64,000 nt of DNA from an uncultured Nitrospiraceae bacterium. Lineage in GTDB: Bacteria; Nitrospirota; Nitrospiria; Nitrospirales; Nitrospiraceae. Positions 23,518-34,043 of this stretch are shown piece after piece; within the stretch, counting starts at the first letter, position 1, and the number at the start of each line of letters is the position of its first letter. Below the pieces are notes generated by a model. It worked only from the letters and a program-made list of their open reading frames with translations, did not search any database and was not told where the DNA came from. The stretch spans positions 928,001 through 992,000 of the forward strand of contig CAVPLT010000004.1 of assembly GCA_963706325.1 (NCBI GenBank). The letters run 5' to 3'. The position numbers and the translations under genes were made by a program.

Positions 23518-23844
23518 ATGCTGGATATCATCGTGTCGTTGCTGCTGCTGGTCGGCAGTGTCTTCGTTCTCGTCGGCGCAATCGGCCTCGTTCGACTGCC
23601 GGATTTCTTCATGCGGTTGCACGGCCCGACCAAGTCCACTACCTTGGGCGTCGGCGGGATGTTGCTGGCCGCCATCGTTCATGCCACCCGTCGTGACTTC
23701 AGCCTGCGCGAACTCCTCATCACGCTGTTTCTGTTCGTGACCGCCCCGGTCAGCGCGTACCTGCTTGGACAAGTAGGCCTGCGCCGTCGAGTCACCTCTC
23801 GCGCGCCATTACCGGATGATTTCCCCGGTCTTGGCCGCGATTGA
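23518..23844 (+). CDS. mrpG: Mrp/Pha antiporter subunit G
   Basis: GLVRLPDFFMRLHGPTKSTTLG and TAPVSA. Confidence 0.92.
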   Translation: MLDIIVSLLLLVGSVFVLVGAIGLVRLPDFFMRLHGPTKSTTLGVGGMLLAAIVHATRRDFSLRELLITLFLFVTAPVSAYLLGQVGLRRRVTSRAPLPDDFPGLGRD

Positions 23845-24048
23845 CCCCTGGCGCGTGCCCTGCTCGATGACCGGGAGGAAACGTCCCTCATCCCCTGCGT
23901 CCACTGCATGCGTCGTGTGTGCAATTGACGTTGCCCTGACGGTGAACTATAAAGCGTCCTCCACGGTGTCAGCTGACTGAGTCTTGAATCGTGCGCGTCC
24001 GAGTTCTTCCTTGGTTTGCAGGCAACGGTCACCCAGTAGGCTATAAGC

Positions 24049-24987
24049 ATGGGAAACGATTCGCTTTCCAGAAAGGGAATCTTGCTGGCCACCGATTTTT
24101 CGAAACCGGCGCGCCGCGCGTATGCCTACGCCATCAGGCTCTCGTCCGTCCTGAATGCTCGCCTCACTCTCCTGCACGTCATCAAGGCCCCTCCCGGTTT
24201 CCGTGCGGGAGCCCGGCGCTCCCTCGCGCCATTGAAGACCAAAGCTCTGCTTGAATTGGGCCGCATGGCTCGTCATGCGGAAGACCATGGGGTAGCGGCC
24301 AGGCATAAGCTGCTTGTCGGGGTTCCGGAAGTAGCGATCTTGCAGGTCGCGGAGGAGAAAAGGTCCGAACTCATCGCCATGGGCACACATGGCCGTACCG
24401 GCTGGGATCGCCTCAAACTCGGCAGCACCGCCGAAACAGTCCTGCAACGCGCACACTGCCCCGTCCTGACGGTCCACGCCTCAATCGTTGCCGATGCTCC
24501 GGCGCGCCCCCAGCGAATCAAACTGACACGTATCCTGGTCGCCATGGATTTCTCCGTCTGTTCTCAGGCGGCACTTCAATCTGCCGCCATGTTGGGACAT
24601 CGGCTCAAGGCGCAGATGTTTCTCGTGCATGCCTTCCAATCGCCTGCCGCCGCGACGCCGGGGGAAACGACGGGGGAAACGAACATGCCGAAATCATTAC
24701 GCGAGAAAGCCGCGCGGCGAGTCCAAGCCGCGCTGGGGGTCTCTTCAGCCGATGAATTGATCGCCGACCTGATATTTGCGTCTGGCGATCCGGTAGAGGT
24801 CATCTTGGATCAGGCGAAGCGTCTCAGGGCCGATCTCATCGTTCTGGGCACCCACGGTCGTCGCGGATTGCAGCGATTGGTGCTCGGAAGTGTGGCAGAG
24901 TCCGTCGTGCGGAGGGCAGGTTGCCCGGTGCTTGTCGTCAAGGCGGGCGTCGGGCAACGGCTCGATACGCGGGCGGGTGTGAAATGA
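24049..24987 (+). CDS. tandem-domain universal stress protein
   Basis: ILLATDFS...MGTHGRTG...LGSTAE and ILVAMDFS...LGTHGRRG...LGSVAE. Confidence 0.92.
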   Translation: MGNDSLSRKGILLATDFSKPARRAYAYAIRLSSVLNARLTLLHVIKAPPGFRAGARRSLAPLKTKALLELGRMARHAEDHGVAARHKLLVGVPEVAILQVAEEKRSELIAMGTHGRTGWDRLKLGSTAETVLQRAHCPVLTVHASIVADAPARPQRIKLTRILVAMDFSVCSQAALQSAAMLGHRLKAQMFLVHAFQSPAAATPGETTGETNMPKSLREKAARRVQAALGVSSADELIADLIFASGDPVEVILDQAKRLRADLIVLGTHGRRGLQRLVLGSVAESVVRRAGCPVLVVKAGVGQRLDTRAGVK

Positions 24988-25424
24988 GCGGCGTCGCTCC
25001 GCCCACCTCGCGTAATCCTTCCAGCCACAACATCGCAAGGTGTACGTTGATTTCAGAGCGAACGGCCGGCCCGCGACACCGTAACTCATCAGACCGGCGG
25101 TGGTGCTTGCTCGTATTCAGCAGTTTGTGAAGGAGGAATCTCCACCCTACGAGCAGGCTGAATAGGGGACGCTGAGTGATACTGACCGTCAAACCTTAGC
25201 GACGGTTGAACCAGATCCGTATGGGGACGTCCTACGCCAACTCCGGGCACTTCAAATTAGTGTCGATCTTAACCTCAACCGGGCGGAAGTTGGATCGCCA
25301 GATATTATCGAAAAGTATGAACAGTATGCCCGGTGCGCAGTAGAGATGTTGGACAAGACCCCGCCGAGTCCTTCTCTGAGACATCCGGGCCCTGATAGGG
25401 GAAAGAGATGAAGGAAAGACCTCA

Positions 25425-26735
25425 ATGCCAAAAGTTGTGATCGTCGGCGGCGGGTTCGGCGGTCTTCATGCCGCGAAGACGCTGTCGAACGAAGCGGTGG
25501 ACGTCACGCTGATCGACCGCAAAAACCATCACACATTCCAACCGTTGCTGTATCAAGTTGCGCTGGCCGTGCTCTCGCCTGGCGAGATCGCCTCCTCACT
25601 GCGGAATATATTGCGCGCCTCGCGTAACGTGCACACGATTCTGGGCGAGGTGGTCGGATTTAATCTCGACGCACGCCGGGTGACGCTTGAGGATGGCGCA
25701 GAGACCCATTACGACTATCTGATTGTCGCGGCTGGGGCTCGCCATGCGTACTTTGGTCATGACGAATGGGCGGTAAACGCGCCGGGACTCAAGACGATTG
25801 AGGACGCAGTGGAGATCCGCAGCCGGTTGTTACTGGCGTTCGAGAAGAGTGAGCGGGACGCGACCTTTACCGGCCGACAGGAGCCGCTCAGCTTCGCGGT
25901 CATCGGAGGAGGTCCGACCGGCGTCGAGCTGGCGGGAGCCATTGCTGATCTTGCACGGCGAGCCCTGACAAAAGATTTTAAGGCGATCGACACGACACAA
26001 TCACGTATACGGCTCTATGAAGGTTCCCCGCGCATCTTGGGCACGTATTCGGAAGCGACGTCACGCAGGGCGGCACAGCAACTGGAGCAGTTGGGCGTCG
26101 AGGTCCATACCGAGAGTCTCGTAACCGGCGTGGAGCCCGGACGGATCAAGGTACGAGACCAATGGATTGCGACCGACGTCACGCTCTGGGCGACGGGAGT
26201 TGCCCCCTCGCCACTAGGGAAAGGACTCGGCGTGGCCACCGATCGGGCCGGACGAGTGATCATTGAACAGGACTTGAGTGTCCCCGGACATCGCAACATC
26301 TTCGTCATCGGAGACATGTCGGCCCTCACCGATCTCAACGGTACCGTGGTGCCCGGTCTGGCGGCAGCGGCCATACAGCAGGGACAAGCCGCCGCGGTCA
26401 ATATCCTGCGCGATCTTCGCGGCGAGCCTCGTGTTCTCTTCAGGTATCATGACCGGGGGAGTATGGCGACCATCGGACACCACCGTGCGGTGGCGGAGAT
26501 CGGAAACATCAAATTGTCTGGCATATTGGCCTGGCTCCTCTGGTCGGTGGTGCATGTATTTCTGCTCATCGGCTTTCGCAACCGTGTCGCGGTCATGGGA
26601 CAATGGATGTGGGCATATGTCACGCGCTTGGGAAGCAGTCCGCTCATTACGAACCATCAACGGACGGAATATGATTCGGTACGAACGCCACAGCCGTCAC
26701 CTCCGATTCGCGCAGACGAGGATGATTCAGGCTAG
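25425..26735 (+). CDS. ndh: type II NADH:quinone oxidoreductase (NDH-2)
   Basis: GGGFGG FAD motif, HTFQPLLYQVA, GGGPTGVELAG, IFVIGD and YHDRGSMATIG. Confidence 0.88.
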   Translation: MPKVVIVGGGFGGLHAAKTLSNEAVDVTLIDRKNHHTFQPLLYQVALAVLSPGEIASSLRNILRASRNVHTILGEVVGFNLDARRVTLEDGAETHYDYLIVAAGARHAYFGHDEWAVNAPGLKTIEDAVEIRSRLLLAFEKSERDATFTGRQEPLSFAVIGGGPTGVELAGAIADLARRALTKDFKAIDTTQSRIRLYEGSPRILGTYSEATSRRAAQQLEQLGVEVHTESLVTGVEPGRIKVRDQWIATDVTLWATGVAPSPLGKGLGVATDRAGRVIIEQDLSVPGHRNIFVIGDMSALTDLNGTVVPGLAAAAIQQGQAAAVNILRDLRGEPRVLFRYHDRGSMATIGHHRAVAEIGNIKLSGILAWLLWSVVHVFLLIGFRNRVAVMGQWMWAYVTRLGSSPLITNHQRTEYDSVRTPQPSPPIRADEDDSG

Positions 26736-27029
26736 AAGCTGCTCATGAGAGTCACCTAACAATCACCATCTGTCTCAGCTTCCGGCGGCATCGAAGGTCT
26801 AACCGATGCCCTCATGGTTCTCGGAAATCGATGCTGTTAAGTCTGTAGATCTCACGCCCTCCTTAAAGGTGGAGGCGCTCGTCCCTCCCGCCATCCCCAG
26901 CCCACCCGCTGCCAGCGTTGCTTGAGCGCCGACCCCATGTTTGTGTGGGCTGGGCAGAACCTCGTGGCGGCGGACGCGGATATCGGCATCGCCGGTTCGC
27001 TGTATTTTCCACACCGGCTCTTACGCCCC

Positions 27030-27325
27030 CTATGACGAAACGTTCGGCCCGCTGGTTGCCATCATAATAGTGATCAGCGAAGAGGAAATTGTTCGCGGGG
27101 CACACGACACCGGGTCTGCCTCTCCGGCGCTTCGTGCGGGTTCACTGCAAATGGACGCGAGCATGACCTGCGTGAACGGTGAACCTGTCAATCATCTGGC
27201 GAGCAATCCGCCGCCGGGGAGAAGGCGCCAGGGTCGGATGGTTCGCTGTCTACTGACCATCGACGAGTCTACGACCGGTCAACGGATCACGGTGCAGCCC
27301 ACATCGCGGCAAGTACCTCATTCAA
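27030..27325 (+). pseudogene. eroded C-terminal fragment of an aldehyde dehydrogenase
   Basis: DETFGPLVAII..SEEEIVRGAHDT...QMDASMTCVNGEPVNHLASNP...TIDESTTGQRITVQPTSRQ aligns by eye to the C-terminus of the ALDH at 60573-62063. Confidence 0.75.
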
Positions 27326-27544
27326 AATTTGCTCGGGAGGAATTGTATTGTATTGCAGCGCGTAAACGGCTCAATGTGGCAGGTGGGCTATGTGCGAAGA
27401 GGGAGAGAACAGGTCAGACGCTGACGGATAACGTCGGCGGTCGTCGAGATGATTATCGCCGGTCAGTGCGTGCCAATCATTCAGGGGCATGATACCCGCC
27501 TGGCACCGCCACCCTATAGTCGCTGAAGGCGGGCAAACAATCTT

Positions 27545-27982
27545 ATGGAGGATCACATGACGATACCAGGCACACCAGTCGGGGGATTTCAAACTGTCGG
27601 TCAAATCGATGGAACGAATAATTTGACTTTCCATGCCAAACAGAGTGGGCTGGCCATCGCAATCGAACTGCTGTCATCCCATGCCTCCGGCGCGCCCATC
27701 GTTGATGACACTGGGAAATTTATTGGATTCGTAAGCGAGTTTGATCTACTTGGATCAATCGAATCTGCGCATGATTTGAACAAGGTGACCGCCGACCAGA
27801 TCATGAGCAAAGATCACTTTGTCGCCGATCAATCCACGACCGTTTCGGATGCGATCGGCCTCATGAAGGAAAAGCACTTATTGGTCCTTCCGGTGATTAA
27901 GCAAGGCAAAGTGGCGTATTCGGTGACACGGCATGACCTTCTGAGGGCGCGTATAGGTCTGGGACCTGGTATTGAATCCTAA
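27545..27982 (+). CDS. CBS-domain protein
   Basis: SGAPIVDDTGKFIGFVSEFDLL and LPVIKQGKV...TRHDLL form a CBS pair. The start may instead be MTIPG after GGAGG. Confidence 0.88.
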   Translation: MEDHMTIPGTPVGGFQTVGQIDGTNNLTFHAKQSGLAIAIELLSSHASGAPIVDDTGKFIGFVSEFDLLGSIESAHDLNKVTADQIMSKDHFVADQSTTVSDAIGLMKEKHLLVLPVIKQGKVAYSVTRHDLLRARIGLGPGIES

Positions 27983-29073
27983 TCAAGAAGATCAAGCTGA
28001 TATGATGCAGACTGCGCGCGACCCTGCAGTAGCGGCGGGGAGGAGCCGCCGGCAAGAAGCCAAGACGGTATGGCAATCGAAGCGAAAGGAATGCCATTGC
28101 CCGTCAAGAAGCAGTTGCTGGTCGCTCTCTCCCGCCCGGCCGTCATGAGCTTTTCGGAAGAGGATTAGCGAAAGATTGTTGAGGGTTGCTGAAACGGCAT
28201 GGGCCAGGTGAGACGGATCGATTATCTGTTTCACATGGGCAAGCCCCCAGATATTCCTAATGAATGCCTACGGCAGGCCCGGTTTGGAGAAGCGACGGCG
28301 GTCTCCGTCTGGGTCCGATAGCTACGGGGTATGGAACACATATATCCTCGATCACTCACAGTGCTGGTCAGTCACGGGGTATCGCATATCCAAGCTTCGT
28401 TCTCGTCTCTCTCCCCACTGCATGCTGCTGGGGGCCAGCGGCCTTCGCCAGATGATTGATCTACGTGACCAATACTCTGATCGACGGACGAGACGACGAA
28501 ATTGTTAACCTCGCGAGAAGAATAACTTGTTCCTACGAGCGAGGAAACCGCCAGGATCATCGCTAGTCCCGCAACAACCTCGCCCTCCGTGCCGAATCCG
28601 CCTCAAGATAGATTGAATCATCCAGCATTACCCGCCCAGCTAAGACCGGATTCCAGTTCCTCGGTAGCAAAAGACCTCATCGGGCGCATGGCCGGAGGGG
28701 AACGCGAGCGCCCACGTTTGTGCACGGCCACGGGATGTGACAGGGCTGTGCCTCCTGAAGACCCAATCAACCGGGCGACGGTTCCGCCAACCTTCTACGG
28801 TAAAATATCGCGGAGGCTTGTCGTGATAGTCACCTCGCGATTGGGGTAGAAGTGTTCATCCCCATGCTGTGGACCTGACGCCGCCCGACATCTCATACCA
28901 CGGCTCAATACTCACTGTGTTCTGAAGAGCAATTTGGCTTTATCGCTGTCCGCGGATCGCACAAACTTTAAAAGCGAGGGCTCGACGAAGGACAGCTAGC
29001 ATGCCGCGGTGACAGGCCCGCTTCGTCGACAAGAGGACCATGTGAGACTTGATCCGAAAGCACAGGAGGGACG

Positions 29074-30197
29074 ATGATGACCATGCTTCACGCAGAGGCG
29101 CTGGTTCGGCAGGTTGGGTTGGGCGCCACGATAGTGGTCGCCCTGGGCCTGTCTGGCTGCATGAGCTCGGCGCTGACGCTGGACCGTGACCGGTTCGACT
29201 TCACGCAGGCCAGCTAGTTCGTGGAAACAACAAACGCTGCTCAATATCGTCAAAATGCGCTATGGGGATACACCCATTTTCGTCGATGTCGGACAGGTTG
29301 TCAGCAGCTACCAGTTGTTTAATACTTTCCAAGCCGGCAACACGATTTATCCCAACTTAGAAACGGGACCGAGCAAGGCCCTCAACAATTTCTTCAGTTT
29401 TGGCGCCCAGGGGCAATACACCGATCGGCCCACGATCACCTATGTTCCTCTAACGGGTTCCCAATTCGTCCAAACCTTGATGACTCCCATTCCACCGGTC
29501 CGACTTTTCTAGTTAGTCGAAGCCGGGTGGAGGGTTGATCTATTGTTTGTGGCCGCCGTGCAGACTGTGAATGGCCTGTCCAACAGCAGAGGCGGGGCGC
29601 AATTACAGTGAGAGGATCCGGAGTTCGTCAAGGTGGTCAAGTCTCTTCGGCGGATCCAGGCATCCGGTATGGTAGGGTTACGTGCCGATGTGACCAAAGA
29701 CGAAAAGGGGGAAGGCCTCGTGATGTTTTTCGGGGCGAAAAAAGTTCCACCGGAGATGCAAGAGGAGCGGGAGGCCGTAAAACGCCCCTCGGTTTGAACC
29801 CGGAGACAACGGAGTTTTCGGTCATCTATGGCGCGGTCCCGGCAGGGCGGGATGATGTGATCGCCCCTTGCATACCCGTTCGGGATTCCAGATCTTGTAC
29901 GAGCTGGCGACCTTCGTGGAGGTCCCCGAGGAGCACGAGAGGGAACTGCGCGCGTATCCCCATCTTCCAGCTCCACCCGAGGGTCAAGAAACGCTCCCGC
30001 CGTTGATTCGTATTGTGAGTGGAGACACGAAGCCGAACGATGCGTTCACGAAGGTGTACTACAACGACCGATGGTATTGGATCGAGAATCGTGACCTCCC
30101 GTCGAAGGGATTGTTCTCGTTCCTCCTCGTCATGCAGACCCTGGCCGAATCCGGCCAGAAGGCCCCGTCACCGTACGTCACGATTCAGGCCAACTAA
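29074..30197 (+). pseudogene. conserved hypothetical lipoprotein, disrupted
   Basis: GGAGG plus ATG, lipobox LSGC, then RDRFDF / [19 protein letters not shown] / [14 protein letters not shown] / VYYNDRWYWI. In-frame stops at 29510 (TAG) and 29609 (TGA), plus about three frameshifts. Confidence 0.75.
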
Positions 30198-30644
30198 TCC
30201 ACAGTATTCATCGCTCGCCTCTTCATCAACACCTCCTCGGCCATGAGGCGAAAGAGGCCGGTCATCGACCTCTTCCATTCGCCGTTCGATCGTCGGCAGC
30301 CACGGACCGATCTGTCTCGTGGGGACTCGACGACTGAGATGACGCAGTAGCATCCCAGCTATAGCACACCCGACGCGCTGCTCGATGTGGCATTAGGGCA
30401 TGCGAGGCCCCCGCTTGAGCTTGAGACGCAATGCATGAAGCTCCACAAGCTGATCTTTCGCACCTGCGAGGGCTCACCCGCCGCACTTCCAATGCTCCGG
30501 AAAAGCTGTCGCGTGAGGACTCGTCTTGCAATGACTTAGGCCAACCAGCAGAATACCAAGGTAACTTAAGTCAGCATAATGATCCAACCATGGCCACCTA
30601 GTTTTCCGATGCGATATGGCTAGGCACGATAGGAGGGACTCTCT

Positions 30645-30905
30645 ATGGACAATCAAGCCAAAAGTCCGGACCAACCTGTTCTTGGGCACATCCAACAACT
30701 GGTTGAAGAGGAACATCGACTGTATGGACAGGGTGAGAAAAAGACTCTTGAAGATGCCGATCGCCGGAAGCTCGCGACCGTCCAGGTCGAATTGGATCGA
30801 TGCTGGGATCTGTTGCGTCAACGCAGGGCCCTGCGCGTGGCCGGACTTAACCCTGACCAGGCAGCAGTCCGCCCGGCGCAGGTGGTCGAAAATTACGAGC
30901 AGTAA
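30645..30905 (+). CDS. DUF2630 family protein
   Basis: IQQLVEEEHRL...VELDRCWDLLRQRRA...VRPAQVVENYEQ. GGAGG precedes the start. Confidence 0.85.
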   Translation: MDNQAKSPDQPVLGHIQQLVEEEHRLYGQGEKKTLEDADRRKLATVQVELDRCWDLLRQRRALRVAGLNPDQAAVRPAQVVENYEQ

Positions 30906-30958
30906 TAATGGGCGTCGAAGTGAGGCGTTCCGGTGAACTCCATTGAAAGGATGCAATC

Positions 30959-31903
30959 ATGAAAGCGGTACAAATTCGTCAGTACGGCGGGAAGGACGTC
31001 TTGGAATTCAATCAGAACGCGCCGAAGCCGATAGTCGGTGACGGGCAGGTACTGGTCGAGATGCAGGCCGCAAGTATCAATCCGGTGGATTGGAAGATCC
31101 GCTCCGGCTATCTCAAGGAGATGGCGCCCCTCACCATGCCTGCGACGTTGGGCGGCGATGTGTGCGGCATCGTGGCGGCGGTCGGCACATCCGTTTCAAC
31201 CCTCAAGGTCGGTGACCGAGTGTATGGGTATGCCAGTCTTTTATCGGGAGGATCAGGGTCGTTCGCCGAGTTTGTCGCAGCCAAACTTTCGACGGTGGCT
31301 CTTGCGCCAAAGAAGAGCAGTGTCATTGAGACTGCCGCACTCCCCCTGGTCGGCGCCAGCGCGCTCCAAGCGATAGAACAGCACATGAAACTTCAGCCCG
31401 GCCAAAAAATCCTCATTCACGGCGGTGCGGGCGGCATCGGCAGCGTGGCCATCCAGGCAGCCAAGTCCATCGGCGCCTACGTGGCAACGACTGCAAGGGC
31501 GGACGATAGGGCGTACGTTCACGAACTTGGCGCCGACGAGGTCATCGACTACCAACAGGAGGCGTTCGAAGAAAAACTCAAAAACTTGGATGCGGTGTTT
31601 GACACCATCGGCGGTGAGACGACGGAAAAATCATTCAAAGTGCTCAGGAAAGGCGGGATGCTGGTGTCGATGCTTGGTCAGCCTCATCCGGAAATGGCAC
31701 AGAAGATGGGTGTGGTGGCCATCGGGCAGTCTACCCATGTTACCACTGAAGCCTTGAAGCGCCTTGCACAGCTCGTAGATAGGGGGGCGGTAAAGATTCG
31801 AGTCGCGAAGGTCAATCCTTTGGAGAAAGCCAAGGAGGCCTTTCAACTCGTCGAAGAAGGTCACCCCCAGGGGAAGGTCGTGTTTGAAATTAAGCAAGGG
31901 TGA
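30959..31903 (+). CDS. NADP-dependent MDR (quinone oxidoreductase/zeta-crystallin-like) oxidoreductase
   Basis: AASINPVDWK, LIHGGAGGIG and GHPQGKVV. Zinc-ligand cysteines are absent. Confidence 0.88.
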   Translation: MKAVQIRQYGGKDVLEFNQNAPKPIVGDGQVLVEMQAASINPVDWKIRSGYLKEMAPLTMPATLGGDVCGIVAAVGTSVSTLKVGDRVYGYASLLSGGSGSFAEFVAAKLSTVALAPKKSSVIETAALPLVGASALQAIEQHMKLQPGQKILIHGGAGGIGSVAIQAAKSIGAYVATTARADDRAYVHELGADEVIDYQQEAFEEKLKNLDAVFDTIGGETTEKSFKVLRKGGMLVSMLGQPHPEMAQKMGVVAIGQSTHVTTEALKRLAQLVDRGAVKIRVAKVNPLEKAKEAFQLVEEGHPQGKVVFEIKQG

Positions 31904-32042
31904 GAGGTCGTCGGCGGAGGGGCGTGAACGCATATGAAGCATGGAACGACCCGAGTCAGCCGGGAGTGGCGTCAGCGAGAGGTATGGAATCGAGGCTCTT
32001 AGAAGAGAACCTAACGCTGAAGAGATGTGCGAGGATCGCGTG

Positions 32043-34028
32043 ATGAAAGCAAACGCACCGAATGTGAACCGACGAAAGTTCTTGCGTCAAAGCGTGGCCT
32101 TCATGGCTACAGGCGCCGGCGCCCTTGCTTCGCCTGCCGGCTTCCTTTCTCTCACGTACCTGACCAAGGCTGCGCTCTTGGGAGAGCAGGCCAGCGCCCA
32201 AAGCCCAAGTAGTTCTCCTTCCACTCAGGAAGAGGCCCGACTTGCGCGTGGATTGCTCTACCCGCAGCAGAACCACTTCCGCAACGTCTTCGACACGTCC
32301 GGACTTTGGCAGTTTCAACTTGACCCGCGGGAGGAAGGGGAAGCGCAGGGGTGGGTCAATGCATTGCCATCGCCGCGGCCTATTGCCGTGCCCTGCAGTT
32401 GGAACGACCTGTTTGATGACGCGCGGGATTATCTCGGCCTTGCCTGGTATTGGAACGAACTGTGGGTACCGTCGGCTTGGCGCGGCCAGCGCGTATTCCT
32501 CCGCATCGGTTCGGCGAACTACGCCGCGAAGGCGTGGGTCAACGGCACGGTTGTGGCCGAGCATGAGGGCGGGCATCTTCCTTTTGCCGGCGAGATCACC
32601 AGTCAGTTAGTGTGGGACCGGAAGAACGTCATTGCCATCACGGTCGAGAACGAGCAACTGCCCGAGCGCGTGCCCCCTGGACCAGCGGCCGGGGGTGGAG
32701 GAGTGGCCGGGGTCTTGGGGGGCTTCCCGGCGACAACGTACGACTTTTTTCCCTACGCGGGACTACACCGCCCAGTGGTGCTCTACTCGGTTCCTGCCGC
32801 CGCGCATATCGAGGACGTGACGGTGGTCACGACGGTTGAAGGCGACTGACGGCGTCGTCACGATCAAGGTGGCAACGGCGGAAGGGTATGCCGGTAAAGG
32901 AACAGCGAGAGTGAACGACATCGAAGCCGGTCTGACCTTCCGCGCCGGCGCGGCTGAAGCAACCCTGCGCGTGCCTTCCGCGCGATGCTGGGGTCCGCAG
33001 GACCCGCACCTCTATCCGCTGACGATTACATTCACCGACGGGCAGCGACTCACCGATGAGTATCGACTCGACATCGGCATCCGCACCATCACAGTGCGCG
33101 GGGATCAGTTGCTGCTCAACGGACAGCCGATCATGCTCAGGGGATTCGGCAAGCACGAAGACTTTCCGCTGAGCGGACGCGGACTCAACCTGCCGATGTG
33201 GATCCGGGACTACGAGCTGCTCAAATGGGTCGGGCGCTAATTCGTACCGCACGTCGCACTACCCCTACGCGGAAGAGGCCATGCAGCTGGCCGACCGGCT
33301 CGGTGTACTGGTGATCAATGAGATTCCCGCCGTCGGTTTGAACTTCGAGGACTCGAATCGATTGATGGCACACGCCTCGCGCAGTGCAAGCAGCAGCTCC
33401 ATGAGCTGATTGCGCGCGACAAGAACCACCCGAGCACGATCATGTGGAACGTGGCGAACGAGTCGATGGGCGGTCCGCCGCTTGGTATGGGTATCCCGCC
33501 GCCGAAAGCCGTCGAGGCGGGCATGCGCTTTTTCGCGAGCTGTATGCGGAGGCGCACCGGCTGGATGGAACGCGTCCGGTGACGCTCGTCGGAGTGCAGG
33601 GCGGAGTGCGAGATTGGCATGGCCTGTTCGATGTGGTCTGCGTCAACCGCTACTACGGGTGGTACAGCCAGCCGGGACAGCTCGAACAGGGAGCAGAGGC
33701 GCTGGCGCGGGAGCTGGACGAACTGCATCACGCATTCGGCAAGCCTATGATCGTCACCGAATTCGGCGCTGACACGATAGCCGGCACGCACCACCAGCCG
33801 CCGGAGATGTGGACCGAGGAATATCAAGTTGAATTTCTGCGTGGCTTTCTTGATGTGGCCGCGCGGCGGCCGTTCGTCGCAGGGATGCACGTCTGGAACT
33901 TCGCCGACTTTAAGACCGGGCAGGGCACGATGCGCGCGGCCGGAATGAATTTCAAGGGTGTCTTCACACGTGACCGGCGGCCCAAGATGGCCGCGCATTT
34001 CCTGCGGTCACGATGGTTCCAGAAATGA
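32043..34028 (+). CDS. uidA: GH2 beta-glucuronidase with Tat leader (four apparent frameshifts)
   Basis: Tat motif [66 protein letters not shown] (acid/base), NRYYGWY, TEFGAD (nucleophile) and [13 protein letters not shown]. Frame breaks near 32845, 33232, 33360 and 33535. Confidence 0.85.
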
Positions 34029-34043
34029 AAAGGAGGATTCGCG

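Noticed and set aside
27992..28990. Short ORFs 27992-28234 (-), 28260-28508 (+) and 28589-28849 (+)
   Set aside because: No recognisable motifs or convincing ribosome-binding sites. They may be remnants, but I cannot support a call.
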